A stretch of DNA of 64,000 nucleotides, from NCBI RefSeq assembly GCF_009914755.1, contig NC_060947.1. One strand, written 5' to 3'. The translations under genes and the position numbers were made by a program. The notes beneath the pieces were generated by a model, which worked only from the letters and a program-made list of their open reading frames with translations, was not told where the DNA came from and did no database searches. This DNA is from the human T2T-CHM13v2.0 reference genome, Homo sapiens. Numbering within the stretch: the stretch's first letter is position 1; the number at the start of each line of letters is the position of its first letter. Below are positions 51,038 to 64,000 of this stretch, in pieces.

Positions 51038-51600
51038 TCAAGGATGGTCTTGGAAGTTGGGCTCACTAGAATAAACTGAGTCTAATACCTCTACACAGTT
51101 ATGTTCAACTGGGCTCTCTGATACTGGGAGCAAGGCGTTGGGGTTTAGGGTGTTGCAAACTTCAGTGGTTATGCGGGGATTTTCACATAGCAAACTTTGG
51201 TACTTGGTTAATCTAGCATTTGTTAACCATTGATGTCCATTGGTATTTATCAAAGTTACCACAGCATAGGGGTCCTTTATATTCAGGTTTTGCCCAAGGG
51301 TTAGTTTATCTACTTCTTGTGCTAACAGGGCCATTGCTGCCAGGGCCCTTAGACATGGGTCAAGCCTTTGGAAACCCCATTTAGTTGTTTTGAGAGATAG
51401 GCCACTGGCCTTGGCCAGGGCCCCACAGTCTGGGTTAAAACTCCAACTGCCATTTTTTCTTTTTCTGACACATAGAGTGTAAAGGGTTTTGTCAGGTCAG
51501 GTAGCCCCAGGGCTGGGGCCAACATCAGTTTTTCTTTTAACTCATGAAAAGCTCATTGCTCTTGGTTGTAATAGATGTAGTTTATCCAATCTACATTTCT
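51038..51600 (-). pseudogene. pol: HERV-E-like pol connection-domain fragment
   Basis: ALLAQEVDKLTLGQNL...WLTNARLTKYQSLL..TLNPNALLP..HNCVEVLDSVYSS. Confidence 0.8.
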
Positions 51601-51639
51601 ATTAACTGTCACCCACCAAAATATTGACTCAAATCCTGC

Positions 51640-52700
51640 AGCTATTTGATTTCAAGCTTTAAATTGATCTGGTATTCCCCGTGGGACTCCAGTTGCATCT
51701 AAATAGACATGAGAGTTGAAAGACCCATAAGGGGCTTCTCTCGCTTTACGATGTCTTATTCTTCCCTCTGGTTGATGAAATGCCAGGGTGAAAGGGATAG
51801 CCAATTGGACTAAAGTACAAGTGCCACTCCAGCTATTTGGCAGAGTGCTCAGTGAAGGTCCACCACAATACCACCACACATCCGCTTGGGGATGAACAAG
51901 GGCTGACTGATTGATAAGCTCTTGAAAATTCTTAAGCTCACTGCATCCCTTCAGGTCTCCAAGGAATGCTAAGTTTCCTCCCTGTCGTGAGAGACACGAG
52001 GTGAACTTAGTGTTGGGAGACAGAAGCTGGATGGCCCTTGGGGGCTGACCTGCAGGGTGCTGGACTTCAGGATAAAGCAGAGAGAGCTTGGCACAACTTA
52101 TTACTCCAGGCTGTAGAATCCTGGAAAAAAGCTACCATGCAGCCCACACCTGGTCGACTGGAGGACCACCTTAGTGGAAAGGGGACAATCTGGGCTTTTG
52201 TTTAATGTGCGGATGGAATATTTGATCCATTCCAACCAGGCATTTGCATCTTGGTATCTTGTCTTAATTGCCAAAGTTTAAGTCTTTAACTTCTATGATC
52301 CTCTAGTAAAAAAAATGTATGATTTTAGGAAATTACAAAAACCGGTTGGGGCAGTCCATCCTTGCTCTTTAGTGGTCCACAGAATGTTGGACCAACTATG
52401 GCATAAAAGCTCTACATTGAGTGGCAAGACTCCTGGTTGACACTGGAGTCTTTATCGAAATTTTCCCGGATTAAATTGTCCTAATTTACTAATGCCTAAC
52501 CTGAGGAGAGTCAGGAGGGACAGGGGTACTTTTCTGAGGTAGAGAGCTGTCTTTGACTTGGCAAGTCCCCACAGGGTATAACAAGGCAAGCATTAAATGC
52601 AATAGTTTGAGGTGAAGTTGACTTGGTTATGTTAATAACTAGATGGTCAGCAATAGAGCGATGAAAGAAGAAAGAGTAATAGCATAGATGAAAGAGTTAA
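51640..52700 (-). pseudogene. env: Second, HERV-I-like env fragment (upstream boundary approximate)
   Basis: WWYCGG..LPNSWSGTCTLVQLAIPFTLAF...HVYLDATGVPRGIPDQFKA. Confidence 0.65.
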
Positions 52701-54796
52701 ATTTTTCTTAGCTTTAGTTTGGTAGGCTATTCCCCTGGGACTGTGGCCCACAACTCAAGGGGGTGGGGCTTTGACTGGGGTGTGATGAGTCCATCCCTTT
52801 TTTGCTGTACGAACAGCAGTCTCGGTGGTTAGTAGCACAAGGTAGGGTCCTTCCTAGGCTGGCTCGAGTTTTTCTTCTTTCCTCCCTTTGATTAGAAGGT
52901 GATCTTCAGGCTGGCACTGGTTTACCGGAAATTCTAGGGGTGCTACCTGTGCTACAAGACTTTTAGTTTTGAGGGAAAAGAAAGTGGAAGATAAACCAAG
53001 TATATAATTTCTAAGAGACTGACCTTTTGTTTTAAATGTGGGGACATCAACAGTGGACTTTATAGTCTTTGGTGCCTTCTTACTGAGAAATTTATTTTAG
53101 CACCTATTTTTAGTTTTTAGACCAAAGAAAGCCAAACACCATTTTATATTTAATAATGCTTTTTGTATGATGTTTATACCAGATAAGCTAAATTTCACCT
53201 TTATATTAGTGTGTCATTAATGTTAAACTTAGTTTTAATAAAACTTTGTAGACATATGTATTCAACTTTTAATGTCAGACCATAAGGTAAGGTTTTTGTA
53301 GACCTTTTTTCAAACTTTTATAATCTTTGTTGAAGAGCAGGTTAGTGCTTTAAGAAAAACCCATTGTGTTTTTACTTTAATGTCCAGTTCACAGAAAAAC
53401 TGGATGATACCCCTTTAACTTTAGCTAATATTTTTACACACATAATTTACACACAATTAACATCTTAAAACTTGCTTAAACCTTTACAACAATTTTTTAA
53501 CCTTTTAATATAGGTAAAAGTCCACATTCTTATGCCTCCTTATAATCCCTTTACCAAAGGTATACTTTACTTTTCTTATACACCTTGCTGTTTCTTCAAT
53601 AGCTTTACATTCAGGAGGCCTAATTACTTTTAAATTATACAACATTTCTTGCATAAATTCTTTTTCTAACACACTTTTAAAATAATTTTTTTTCGTGACT
53701 TTTACAGGCAATTCTTCAACATGTTTTAACTTTCTGACTTATTACAAACTTTTTTTTCTTTAAACAACCAGTTAATTTATTTCAGGAGAAGAATTTACCA
53801 TATAACTTTTTTTACATAAATTTTGCCCCCTCCTTTTTTCCCTTTTATCGAAGATAACCATTCTTTCCACAGCGAACTTCCTTTATGTCTGTGGACTAGA
53901 CTGTCTAAGGCCACAAGATTAGAAATTACTATAATACATGTTACACTGTTAACTTTTAGCAAACTTTACTTTTGTTGAAAACCTTGTAAGTTTGGGATTT
54001 CAATTATCCTTTGCTATTAATAAGACCTTGTTTAGTCCAAACTAACTTAGAATTGGTATAGATGGCTATTTTTTTTTTCCTTCAATTACCCGGGAGGAAC
54101 CATCTATCGTCCTGTCCTGAAGTGAGTTCCTCCTAGGTCTGGTTGGACCTTTGTATGTCAATTAAGATTTAGATCTCCTGTTTGGAAACCTGGTGGGTTA
54201 AGGGAATTTTCAGTGGTTAAAGTTAAATCATCCTTTTTTTTTTTTTTTTTTTACAGAATAGCCCCATGCTTCCTCAAGAAAAAAACACTACACTCACACC
54301 ACATACACACCACAAAACAAAGAATGGGTAAAAAGGGCACACACACACTTTTACAGTTTATACCAAACCAGAATCAAAACCAAAACCAGAGTATCAAGAA
54401 AACCAAGCCAGATCAAAACCAAAACCAAAGTATCAAGCAGTTCAAGTCAAGTCAAAAATAAAAACCAAAGTGCTGGTACAGGCATGTCGTGGGTGATCAG
54501 GCCACGCTTCCACTCAAATGGAGTGGGCAAGTTCCAAAGCCCAGTCTTACCGAGTTTCAGATGTCCGAACTCCAAGTGCCAGCTCCTTCCTGGTGTTCAG
54601 CAACTACATTGATCCTCTGTGGGGACCTGCCATGCACCGCTCTGATGATGTGTTCCACCGGGGAAAAGGCCTACCCAGGAGCCCTTTCAGGATCCGCACT
54701 GCTCAAGCTGGCCAGAGTCCCCCGCAGGGATGCTCCACAGGGAAGTGTAAGCCACCTAAGGAGCTGCCTCGACCGTCTGTCAGTTAATCACCTCAT

Positions 54797-54814
54797 TTCC
54801 CAGTCAGGGAACCA
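54797..54814 (-). other. Primer binding site, tRNA-Glu
   Basis: TGGTTCCCTGACTGGGAA, 17/18 match to the complement of the tRNA-Glu 3' end. Confidence 0.9.
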
Positions 54815-57800
54815 AGAAATGTAGCAGGACAAGCCACAGACAAAACCCCTCAGACACCAAGTTGTAGAAGGAAGGGGCTTTATTCAGCTGGAAGTGTTGG
54901 CAGACTAGCGTCTTAAAATCCGAGCTCCCTGAGTGCACAATTTCTGTCCCTTTTAAGAGCTCACAATGCTAAAGGTTTCACACGAGAGGGTCGTGACTGA
55001 TTGAGCAAGCTAGGGGGTACGTGACAGGAGCTGCATGCACCAGTAGTCAAAGTGAAGCAGAACAGAGCAGGAAGTTTCACAATGTCCTTCCATACAATGT
55101 CTGGAATCTATAGATAACATCAGTGGCTAGGTCAGGGGTTGAATTTTAACTACTAGGCTTGGGCCAGGCAGGCCCAGGCCTGGTTTGGGTCCAGTTCTCA
55201 GTGCCAGGCTGCCTGCCTTTTGTTTTGCTTCCTTTTTTTTTTAAGACAGATATTGAGTATAAAACAATATAAAACTATCTGAGAGCGTTTTTCTCTTCTC
55301 TCATTTCCCCCCTTTGAGACTCTCACTCACTTTATTAGTACATTGTCTCTTTGTTCCCGTTGGTTTCAAAGAACTTCTTGATTTCTGCCTTAATTTCAAT
55401 ATTTACCCGGAGTTATTCAGGAGCAGGTTGTTCAATTTCCATATAGTTGTGTGGTTTTGTATGAGTTTCTTAATCCTAAGTCCTAATTTGATTGCACTGT
55501 TGTCAGACTGTTATAATTTCAGTTATTTTGCATTTTTAGAGTGTTTTACTTCCAATTATGTGGTCAATTTTAGAATAAGTGTCATGTGGCACTGAGAAGA
55601 ATGTATATTTTGTTGATTTTGGGGGGAGAGTTCCTTACCTATCTATTAGGTTCACTTGACCCAGAGCTGAGGTCAAGTCCTGAATATTCTTGTTAGTTTT
55701 CTGTCTCATTGATCTTTAACAGTGTGGTGTTGAAATCTCCCACTATTATTGTGTGGGAGTCTACCCCTCTTTGTAGGTCTCTAAAAACTTGTTATATGCA
55801 TCTGGGTTCTCCTGTATTGGGTGCATGTGTATTTGGGATAGTCAGCTTTTCTTGTTGCATTGATCCCTTTACCATTATGTAATGCCCTTCTTTGTCGTTT
55901 TTGATAATTGTTAGTCTAAAGTCTGCTTTATCAGAGACTGGGTTTGCAACCCCTGCTTTTTTTTTTTTAACTTTCCGTTTGCTTGGTAAATGTTTCTCTA
56001 TCCCTTTATTTTGAGCTTATCTGTGTCTTTGCATGTGAAATGTGTCTCCTGAATACAGCACACATATAGGTCTTTACTCTTTACCCCATTTGCCAATATG
56101 TGTCTTTTAATTGGGGCATTTAACCTCTTTATTTTTAAGGTTAATATTGTTATGTGTGAATTTGATCCTGTCATCATGATGCTAGCTAGTGATTTAGCAC
56201 ACTAGTTGATGCTGTTTTCTCATAGTGTCATTGGCCTTTATATATTTTGGTGCATTTTTGCAGTGGCTGGTACTGGTTTTTCCTGTCTATATTTAGTGTT
56301 TATTTCAGGAGCCCATGCAAGGCAGACCTGGTGGTGACAAAATTCTTTAGCGTTTGCTTGTCTGGAAAGGATTTTATTTATTTTTCACTTATGAAGCTTA
56401 GTTTGGCTGGATATAAAATTCTGGGTTAAAAATTCTTTAAGAATGTTGAATATTGGTCCCTACTCTCCTCTGGCTTGTAGGGTTTCTGCTGACACATCCA
56501 CTGTTAGTCTGATGGGTTTCCCTTTGTAGGTAACCTGACCTTTCTCTCTTACTGCCCGTAACATTTTTTCCATTTTTTTTTTTTTTCGACCTTGGAGAAT
56601 CTGATTATTATGTGTCTTGGGGTTGATTTTCTTGTGGAGTATCTTAGTGGTGTTCTCTGTATTTCCTGAATTTGAATGTTGGCCTGTCTCACTATGCTGG
56701 GGAAGTTCTGGATAATATCCTTAAGTGTGTTTTCCAACTTGGTTTCATTCTACCTATCTCTTTCAGGTACTCCAATCAATCGTAGGTTCAGTCTTTATAC
56801 ATAGTCAAATATTTCTTGGACGTTTTCTTGTTCATTTCTTTTCATTATTTTTTCTCTAATCTTGTCTGCATGCCTTATTTTAGCAAGATTGTCTTCGAAC
56901 TCTGATATCCTTCCTCCCTCTTGATCAATTAGGCTATTGATACTTGTGTATGCTTCTCGAAGTTCTCATGCTGTGTTTTTCAGCTTTATCAGGTCGTTTA
57001 TGTTCCTCTCTAAACTGGTTATTCTAGTTAGCATCTCTTGTAACCTTTTATCAAGGTTCTTAGCTTCTTTGCATTGGCTTAGGACATGCTCCTTTAGCTC
57101 AGCAGTTTGTTGTTACCCACCTTCTGAAGCTTACTTCTTTCAGTTTGTCTATTTCGTTCTCTGTCCAGTTTTGCACCCTTGCTGGAGAGGTGTTGCACCC
57201 ATTAGGAGGAGAAGAGGCATTCTGGGTTTTCAGTGTTTTTGTGCTGGCTTTTCCTCATCTTTGTGGATTTATCTATCTTTGATCTTTGAGGCTGATGATC
57301 TTTGGATGGGGTTTATGTGTGTGTTGGGGGGTGGTTCTTTTCTGTTGATGTTGTTGTTGCTTTCTGGGTTTGTTGTTGTTGTTTTGTTTTTTTCCCCCAA
57401 TAGGTTTCTCTTCTGCAGGTCTGCTGCAGTTTGCTAGAGGTCCCCTTCAGACCCTGTTTGCCTGGGTATCATCAGTGGAGGCTGCGGAACAGCAGATTAC
57501 TGCCTGCTCTTTCCTCCAGAAGCTTCGGGACACCAGCCTGATGCCACTCGGAGCTCTCCTGTATGAGGTGTCTGTTAACCCCTGTTGGGAGGTCTCTCTC
57601 AGTCAGGAGGCACAGGGGTCAGGGACCTGCTTGAGGAGGCAGTCTGTCCCTTAGCAGAGCTGGTGCCCTGTGCTGGGAGTATCCTGCTTGTCAGGATCAG
57701 CCACTCTCTTTAGAGCTGGCAGGCAGGAAAGATTAAGTCCACTGAACCTGCTACCGCAGCTTCCCCTCCCCCCAGGTGCTCTGTCCCAGGGAGATCAGAG

Positions 57801-60800
57801 TTTTGTCTGTTAGACCCTGATGGGAGCTGCCAGATTTCCTGCAGAGATGCCCTGCTCAGTGAGGAGGAATCTAGAGGAGCAGTCTGGCTGCAGCTGCTTT
57901 GCTGCTCTGTGGTGAATTTTGCCCAGTCCAAACCTCCCAGTCTCCTTAGCGCTGTAAGGGGCAAACTGCCTACTAAAGTTATGGGAATGATTGTCACCCC
58001 TCCCCTTATGAAACTTGATCATCCTAGGCCAACTCCAGAGTGCTGTGCTGGTAGTGAGAATTTCAAGCCAGTGTTTCTTGGCTTGCTGGGCTCCGTGGGA
58101 GTGGGACCCATTGAACGAGACTGCTTGGCTCCCTGGCTTCAGCCTCCTTTCCAGGGGAGTGGATGGTTCTCCTTTCTCACTGGAGTTCCAGATGCCACTG
58201 GAGTAGGATAAAACTCCTGCAGCTCGGTGCCTGCCCTGGTTTTGTGCTTGAAACTCAGGACTCTGATGCTGTAGGCACATGAGGGAATCTCCTGATCCAC
58301 AGACTGCAGAAATCCGTGGGAAAAGCATAGTATCCCAGGCAGGTAGCACAGTCCCTCACCACTTCCCTTGGCTGGGGAGGAAGGTCCCCTGGCTCTGTGC
58401 ACTTCCCAGATGAAGTGACGCCCCACCCTGCTTCTACTCACTCTCTGTGGGTCGCTTCCACTGCCTAACCAGTCCCAGTTGGATGAACTGGGTACCTCAG
58501 TTGGAAATGCAGAAATCACTCACTTTTCTGCATTGGTCTTGCTGGGAGCTGCAGACTGGAGTTGTTTCTATTTGGCCATCTTGGCCCCTCCCCTGATCAG
58601 TTGATTTTTAACAAAGGTGGAAAGGCAATTGAATGGAGAAAAGATAGTCTCTTCAGTAAATGGTATTGGAAAAACTAGACATCCATAAGCAAAAAAAAAA
58701 AAAAAAAATGCACCTCATACCTTATAGAAATAAGTCAAAGTGGATCCCAGATCTAAATGTAACACATAAAACTATAAAACATGTAGAATAATAGAAAGGA
58801 GGAAATCTTCAGGACCTAGAGTCTGGCAAAAATGTCTCAGATATGACACCAAAAGCCTGATCCATAAAAGAAATAAGAATAAAATTGACTTTATTAAAAT
58901 GGAAACTCTTACTTTGCAAAATCTTTGTTAAAGAGAATAAAAAGTCAAGTGACAGACCTGAAGAAAATATTCATCAATCACATTTCCAACAAAGAACTTC
59001 TATCTAAAACACATAATGAACTTTCAAAACACAACATTGAAAAAGAAACAAATTAGAACATGGACAAAGGACATGAACAGACATTTTACCAAAGAGGATC
59101 TATGGGTGGAAAGTATGCACATGAAAAATGTTCAATATCATTAGCCATTTAGGGAAGTGCTGACAGTGATGAGATAAGATTGCACAGATATTAGAATGGC
59201 TAAAATAAAAATATTGATCATACCAATGCAAGGATGCAGAGAAACTGGAACTCTCATAAATTACTGATGGGAATGCAAAGTGGTACTTCAACTCAGGCAA
59301 ATAATTTGGATTTAAAAAAATTGAACATGTCCTTTTCATATGACCCAGCAGTCCCACTCCTAGGTGTTTTATTTAGAGAAATGAAAACTTAAGATTATAC
59401 AATAAACTGTACATTGTTTATAGCAGCACTTTTATTAATAAATAAAGAGTATGAACAACTCAAATGTCCTTCCATAGGTGACTAGATAAACTTTGTTACA
59501 TCCATACTATGAAATACTATTCAGGAACAAATTGGAATAAGCTATTGATACACACAAGTTGGATGATTCTAAAAGGCATTATGCTCAGTAAAAGAATGCC
59601 AGTCTCAAAATGTCACATACTCTATGTTTGGTTTTGTATGACAGTCTTGAAACGATAAAGTTATAGTGACTGATGGCAGATTACTGGTAGCCAAAAATTA
59701 AGGATGGGGGAAGGTATGACTACAAAAGGATAGCACAAAGGAATTTTGGAGGTGGTGGAAAAGTACTGTATCCTAATGAGGCAGTCGTTATGTGAATCTA
59801 TACATATGTTAAAATTCATAGAACTATATATGAAAAAAGACTTAATTTTTAAAATAAAAATTTCAAAGGCTGAAAATAATTGGAGGACTTAATGGATTTC
59901 TTAGCAAAGGAAAGAAACTATTACTCAAGAGGCCTTTGACTTTTGGCCCTGCGATATACCACAAGCATTTTGAGTAAAGACTGAGTAATCAGAAGAATGT
60001 CAATCTGCTTTGTTCTGCCTGAGGTGGGTCACTCGCATACATTAAGAGCTACTAACTTGTACACCTGAAGTTTCTGGCCCTGCTTTCACATTTCCCCAGG
60101 AATGTAAGGGGAGACTGGGCAGGAGGCTCTTGAGGCTTTAAGGATCCTACTTGGTTTGTCTTTCCTCATTTTCTCTGCTCTATCCTTCAGTTTATAGGTG
60201 GGACTTTCCTGTACTATTCATACCCAGAACTGTCCTGAAGATAATGTCCATTAGTGTAAATCTAAAAGAATGTGGGTAATTTATTTATAGGTGCCCTCAT
60301 TACCGTTTTATCACCTCCAGGTCTATTGTGTTCTCTCTGCTAGAAAAACAATTATTTCTATAGTCCTTGACTCTTCTCCTGAATAAGATCAGGACAAGAT
60401 CAGTGTAGGGAAATGATGAGTGTGACGGAGTTTGGAAATAGGTGAATCAACTCTGAAGCTGTTGCAATCAACCCAGAGAGTGGGCTTAAGACCTTAACTA
60501 TGGCAGTGATGGCATGAATATTAAAGAAGGGCTGGCCTTGGCAGATACTTCAGAGAGAGAAACTATAGAAGTTATACTATTTGTATATGCATTCATCAGT
60601 AACCCCAATTCCCTCCCCCTTACTGTCTGCAATTTCAGGCTTGCTGGGATTATGAACAGGGCATATGGGCTAGCTGTAAATCCAATCAGTGAAAGCTAGA
60701 AATCTGTCATCTATCCCTGATTGGCTTCAGATTTGGTGAGCACAGAGATATCCATTCTGGCTTTACCAGGGCAGTACCTCTGATTTTCAGAGCCAGTTCT

Positions 60801-60886
60801 TCCTTAAGAGTATCTAAATACCTATACCCTGCTTTTCTATACTTCTGTTGTTGCTGTGAGACACAGTAGTGATTAATTTTTTAAGG

Positions 60887-61065
60887 CAGTGGTTCTTAAA
60901 TTTTGCTGCTTGTTGGAATTACCTGTTGATCTTCAGAAAATACTAATGTCTGGGTCTTACCCCGCAGACATTCTGATTTAATGTATATGGAGTGTGACAC
61001 AAGTGTCAGAAAATTTTAAAGTTTTCATGTTAAAATATCCATAAAATTTTGGAAACTACCACTTT
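60887..61065. mobile_element. MER5-like hAT DNA transposon
   Basis: cagtggttcttaaattttgctgc..ggaattacctg..ctaatgtctgggtc..cagacattctgatttaat..gaaactaccact. Confidence 0.7.
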
Positions 61066-61989
61066 AAGAACTTCTGTATAATTATTACTGGCAACATAGC
61101 TTGGATGGAAAGTGTATTCTGGGAGAAAAACCAGAACTGACTCCTTGACAAGCCAATGCATTAGTCGTGGTATTGATGCTTTCTAAATGAATGATCCAAA
61201 TGAAAGGACAAGGTTTGCTGAAGGAAGATTGTGTACCTCACCAGCATAAGAGATTGGCCATCATGAGTGAACTATGTTTTATGTGATAGAGAAATGTAAA
61301 TGACCAGATTTGTATTTTAAGTGGAGTCTTTAGAAGTATTATTGAAGATGGAACCGAGGACTAGAGAGAAGATTATTAGAATGGTCTGATCAGGGAGTGA
61401 GGATGTGGGAGTGCAAATAAGAAAGAGAGATTGGATTGCTTGGCAGACCCTGTCTTCATGTCATTCACTCATCTATCCACAGGGGTAGCAGAGGTGGAAG
61501 AGCAGACAGATGTGGCAATATGGTGATAAGGTGAACCCTACACAGGTCTGCTCACCACAAGGAGGCAGAAAGCAGGAAAAGCAGAAAGTGCCAAAGGAGA
61601 GGATATACAAGATGTCTTAATGAGGAGTTACTGATCCAGTCATGGCCAGTGTGAGTAGCAGCACTTGCTCCCTGTGGGAGAGCATTAGTCTACTCTTTAT
61701 GGGGTTGCAGACTGGATAGGGAAAAGTGTAGGAGAGCAGCAAATAGGATGATGATATTATGTCTCTTTGAAATCTCTATGTATATTGGGCAGAGGACAAG
61801 GTATAGGACTGGCATACTGGGCAGTATGGTTGCTGTCCTTGAAGGCCTAGGAAAATTCTCTTGACATGAATAGAGGAAGTTGAGTGAAGAAGAATTAGGG
61901 GAACCCTCTGGTAGTTTCTCTTTAATCTCTGAGTGAAAGACCTTTTTTTTTTTTCCTCTGCTGTGGCTGGAATCTAGTTCCAGAGGATA

Positions 61990-62235
61990 GCAGTATCATA
62001 TGTTAATTAATGACAATAAGTCTGGAGCCAGGCTATTAAGAGTTATATCCTAGCTTCCCTAATTCCTAGCATGCAAGGCTTTGGGAAATTTTTTAACTTT
62101 TCTGTGCTTCAGTTTCTTCATCTTAAAACTTGGATGATTGTACCCACCTTATGGGATTCTGTGCAGGTTAAATCAATTTATTTCTGTAAATTACCTATAA
62201 TACTCCATAAATGCCAATGATTACTATTACTATCA
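61990..62235 (+). mobile_element. MIR SINE
   Basis: tctggagccagg ... ttaacttttctgtgcttcagtttcttcatcttaaaa ... cccaccttatggg. Confidence 0.7.
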
Positions 62236-62504
62236 ATTGCAGAAATTCTACTCAGGATTTAAGGCTTTTATTCTCATTGTTTAGGCAACACTGTCTCACA
62301 TGTCTGAATGCTGTGCTGCACTGTTGACTGTCACTGTTGGGGATATTGGAAGATCACAAGAAACTCCTGATCCTGAATACTGGCCTGAGCCTCTTTTGGA
62401 AGAGGCCTTCCAGAACCCTACTCTTGCTAGAACTGAATGCCAGAGCTGTGTAATGGGGACATCCTGTTGTGAACTTATGTCCTTTCTGGACAAATGTATT
62501 CAAT

Positions 62505-62740
62505 TTGAGGCAGCATGCCCAATGGTTAGCCACTCAACCTCTGAACCCAAACCCCCAGCTCTACTGCTTAATAGCTATATAACCTTGAGAAAATTCATTA
62601 ATATTCCTGTACTTCAATTTTATCATGTATAAAATAAGGATAATAATTTTACATGTCTTATGGGGTTGTTATGATGATTAAATGGGTTAACATTTCTAAA
62701 AAATACTTGAACAGTGCCTGATACATTGTAAATGCATATA
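62505..62740 (+). mobile_element. MIR SINE
   Basis: ccagctctactgcttaatagctatataaccttgagaaaa ... tataaaataaggataataat ... gattaaatgggttaa ... cttgaacagtgcctg. Confidence 0.75.
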
Positions 62741-64000
62741 TATGTGTTTTTAAAAATAGACAATTATATACCATTAAATGTTAACCTGGCTTTGATGCAG
62801 CTAGTTGATCAAATAATCTAAATCTTTGTAATTGGATAGTAATAGAAAAGAAGGAAGAGAAAGAGAATATGCATGTTTACAAAAGCAAAAGCCTAGGCTT
62901 TGGATGTGGTGAGGACAGACATCTCTGAGATGTCCTTAATTTTATCCACTTCCATTGAATGTTATTTGCGTTCACCTCTTGTGCAAAATAAGAACCAAAA
63001 GGGAGTCTTCCTTATTATCTCCCTTTCCTCTACATCCATACATAATGTCTATTGTGCCCCCAAGAGCTCTTCTAAGTGTCTAGAACACCACAATAATCAA
63101 AGAGACATGATTTTTCCATCACAGAGCTACATTCAGATGGTAAACACACTGAGGTTTTAAAGAGATAATTTTAGTGGCTTGTTTAATGTGGCTTAATCTG
63201 AAGGGACACAGTAAAACCAGAGGAGGTTAATATCCCAGCACCTAACCTATATAGGCAGAAACATCCAAATATAGATGGAAGGAAAATTGACATGAACTAG
63301 GCCATGCTAGCAGGAAAAGATGAGAAGGATCAGATTTTAAGATAGAAGCACAGTAGCAGTATGAACCTACAGGATTTGGCAGGAGTTTGGATGTATTTGA
63401 GCATATGTATATAAGGGTACTTTCTGACCAAATAAGGGGATAGTAAGGCCATTAACAAAGAGAAGGGAAGGGGAGGAGAAGAAGGGAAAAAACACTCTTT
63501 TGTGTGCTATAATTGCTGTTTGAAATGAATTACTACTGAGAGGGGATTTCCACAAAATGTTTCTGGGATTTTTTGGAACCAGGGTCTTTATTTGGGCAAC
63601 CCTGCACCTACTGCATGCATCGTCGAGCCTACCCTCTGCTGGTGTGTGCTGAAGATTACATGATCAAGGCTCTTAAGTGTGTGATGGAAGGTGCTCAATG
63701 GGAATTGTATCCTTCCAAATGGAGACTGCCAGGGAAAAGTTTTCTGCATGCTAAGGTGATTTCTCAGAGCTGAGACCAAGTGCATGGGGGTCTGTGATCA
63801 ATGCCATGTGGGAGCTGCTCCTTACAGTTGACAGATAGCCAGGGTGTCCTCAGATGGAGTTTATGAAACCTGAAGTTTAGCAAAACATTTCATATAATGA
63901 TCATATTAATTTCTCAAATTGTTTTTCTTTTTAACCCAATCTAGTATAGGTGACCATGCAGACTCTTCAGAAATAGACATTGGCAAACTTTGCTCAGAAA

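Larger units (their letters stand above)
48304..55339 (-). mobile_element. Harlequin-type mosaic ERV1 provirus with LTR2B/2C-like LTRs
   Basis: LTRs 48304-48778 and 54820-55303 ending gtctg(c/t)ggcttgtcctgctaca; tRNA-Glu PBS; AT-rich non-coding block, HERV-I-like env piece, short HERV-E-like pol piece and HERV-E-like env; PPT aaaggggggaaa. Confidence 0.85.
47012..58593 (-). mobile_element. Originally full-length L1PA8-like element interrupted by the Harlequin ERV, ~1.9 kb of ORF2 missing
   Basis: L1PA8-type 3'UTR (gttttaagccc...attaggtatttgtcctaa); 5' end ggccatcttggcccctcccc; 16-bp TSD tgaccaattgattttt (46996-47011) / tgatcagttgattttt (58594-58609). Confidence 0.88.
46490..59860 (+). mobile_element. 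Old L1M ORF2/3'UTR split into 46490-47011 and 58594-59860 by L1PA8
   Basis: Degenerate ORF2 continues across the TSD (aaatatgaccaattgattttt | aacaaaggtggaaaggcaattgaatggagaaaagatagtc). Confidence 0.82.

Noticed and set aside
54350-54470. caaaaccaaaac-type repeats
   Set aside because: Probably an intrinsic low-complexity part of the ERV leader, not an independent array
57370-58519. Cluster of 90-180 aa ORFs on both strands
   Set aside because: Lies within the GC-rich L1PA8 5'UTR, where stop codons are scarce
62285-62632. 110-aa ORF after an acceptor-like ttctcattgtttag
   Set aside because: Runs into a MIR, has no recognisable domain and no convincing donor

Overview
Primate (human/ape-like) AT-rich, L1-dense and Alu-poor genomic window with no recognisable intact host protein-coding gene; roughly three quarters is transposable-element derived. 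It contains the 3' end of a probable retrocopy (1-1008) and two full-length, decayed L1PA4/5-type LINE-1s in inverted head-to-head orientation (2194-8306 minus; 22082-28209 plus), both with TSDs and the ~129-bp ZNF93-target segment. It also holds a twin-primed 5'-inverted L1PA7-like element (18133-21615) and two deep nests. In the first, an MSTB LTR is split by a full-length L1PB1 that carries an AluY and a two-LTR HERV-H/LTR7C provirus with a Phe-like PBS and retained env TM. In the second, an old L1M is split by an L1PA8 that carries a Harlequin (LTR2-type, tRNA-Glu PBS) mosaic provirus whose 5' LTR is preceded by an exact extra PPT/3'-internal copy and coincides with a ~1.9-kb host deletion. 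Smaller oddities are a 130-bp tandem duplication, an isolated 31-bp duplicated motif, a 52-bp perfect AT-rich palindrome and possible L1-antisense-driven cryptic exons. I see no evidence for a novel multi-gene system. Family names come from recalled consensus sequences, not from a database run.
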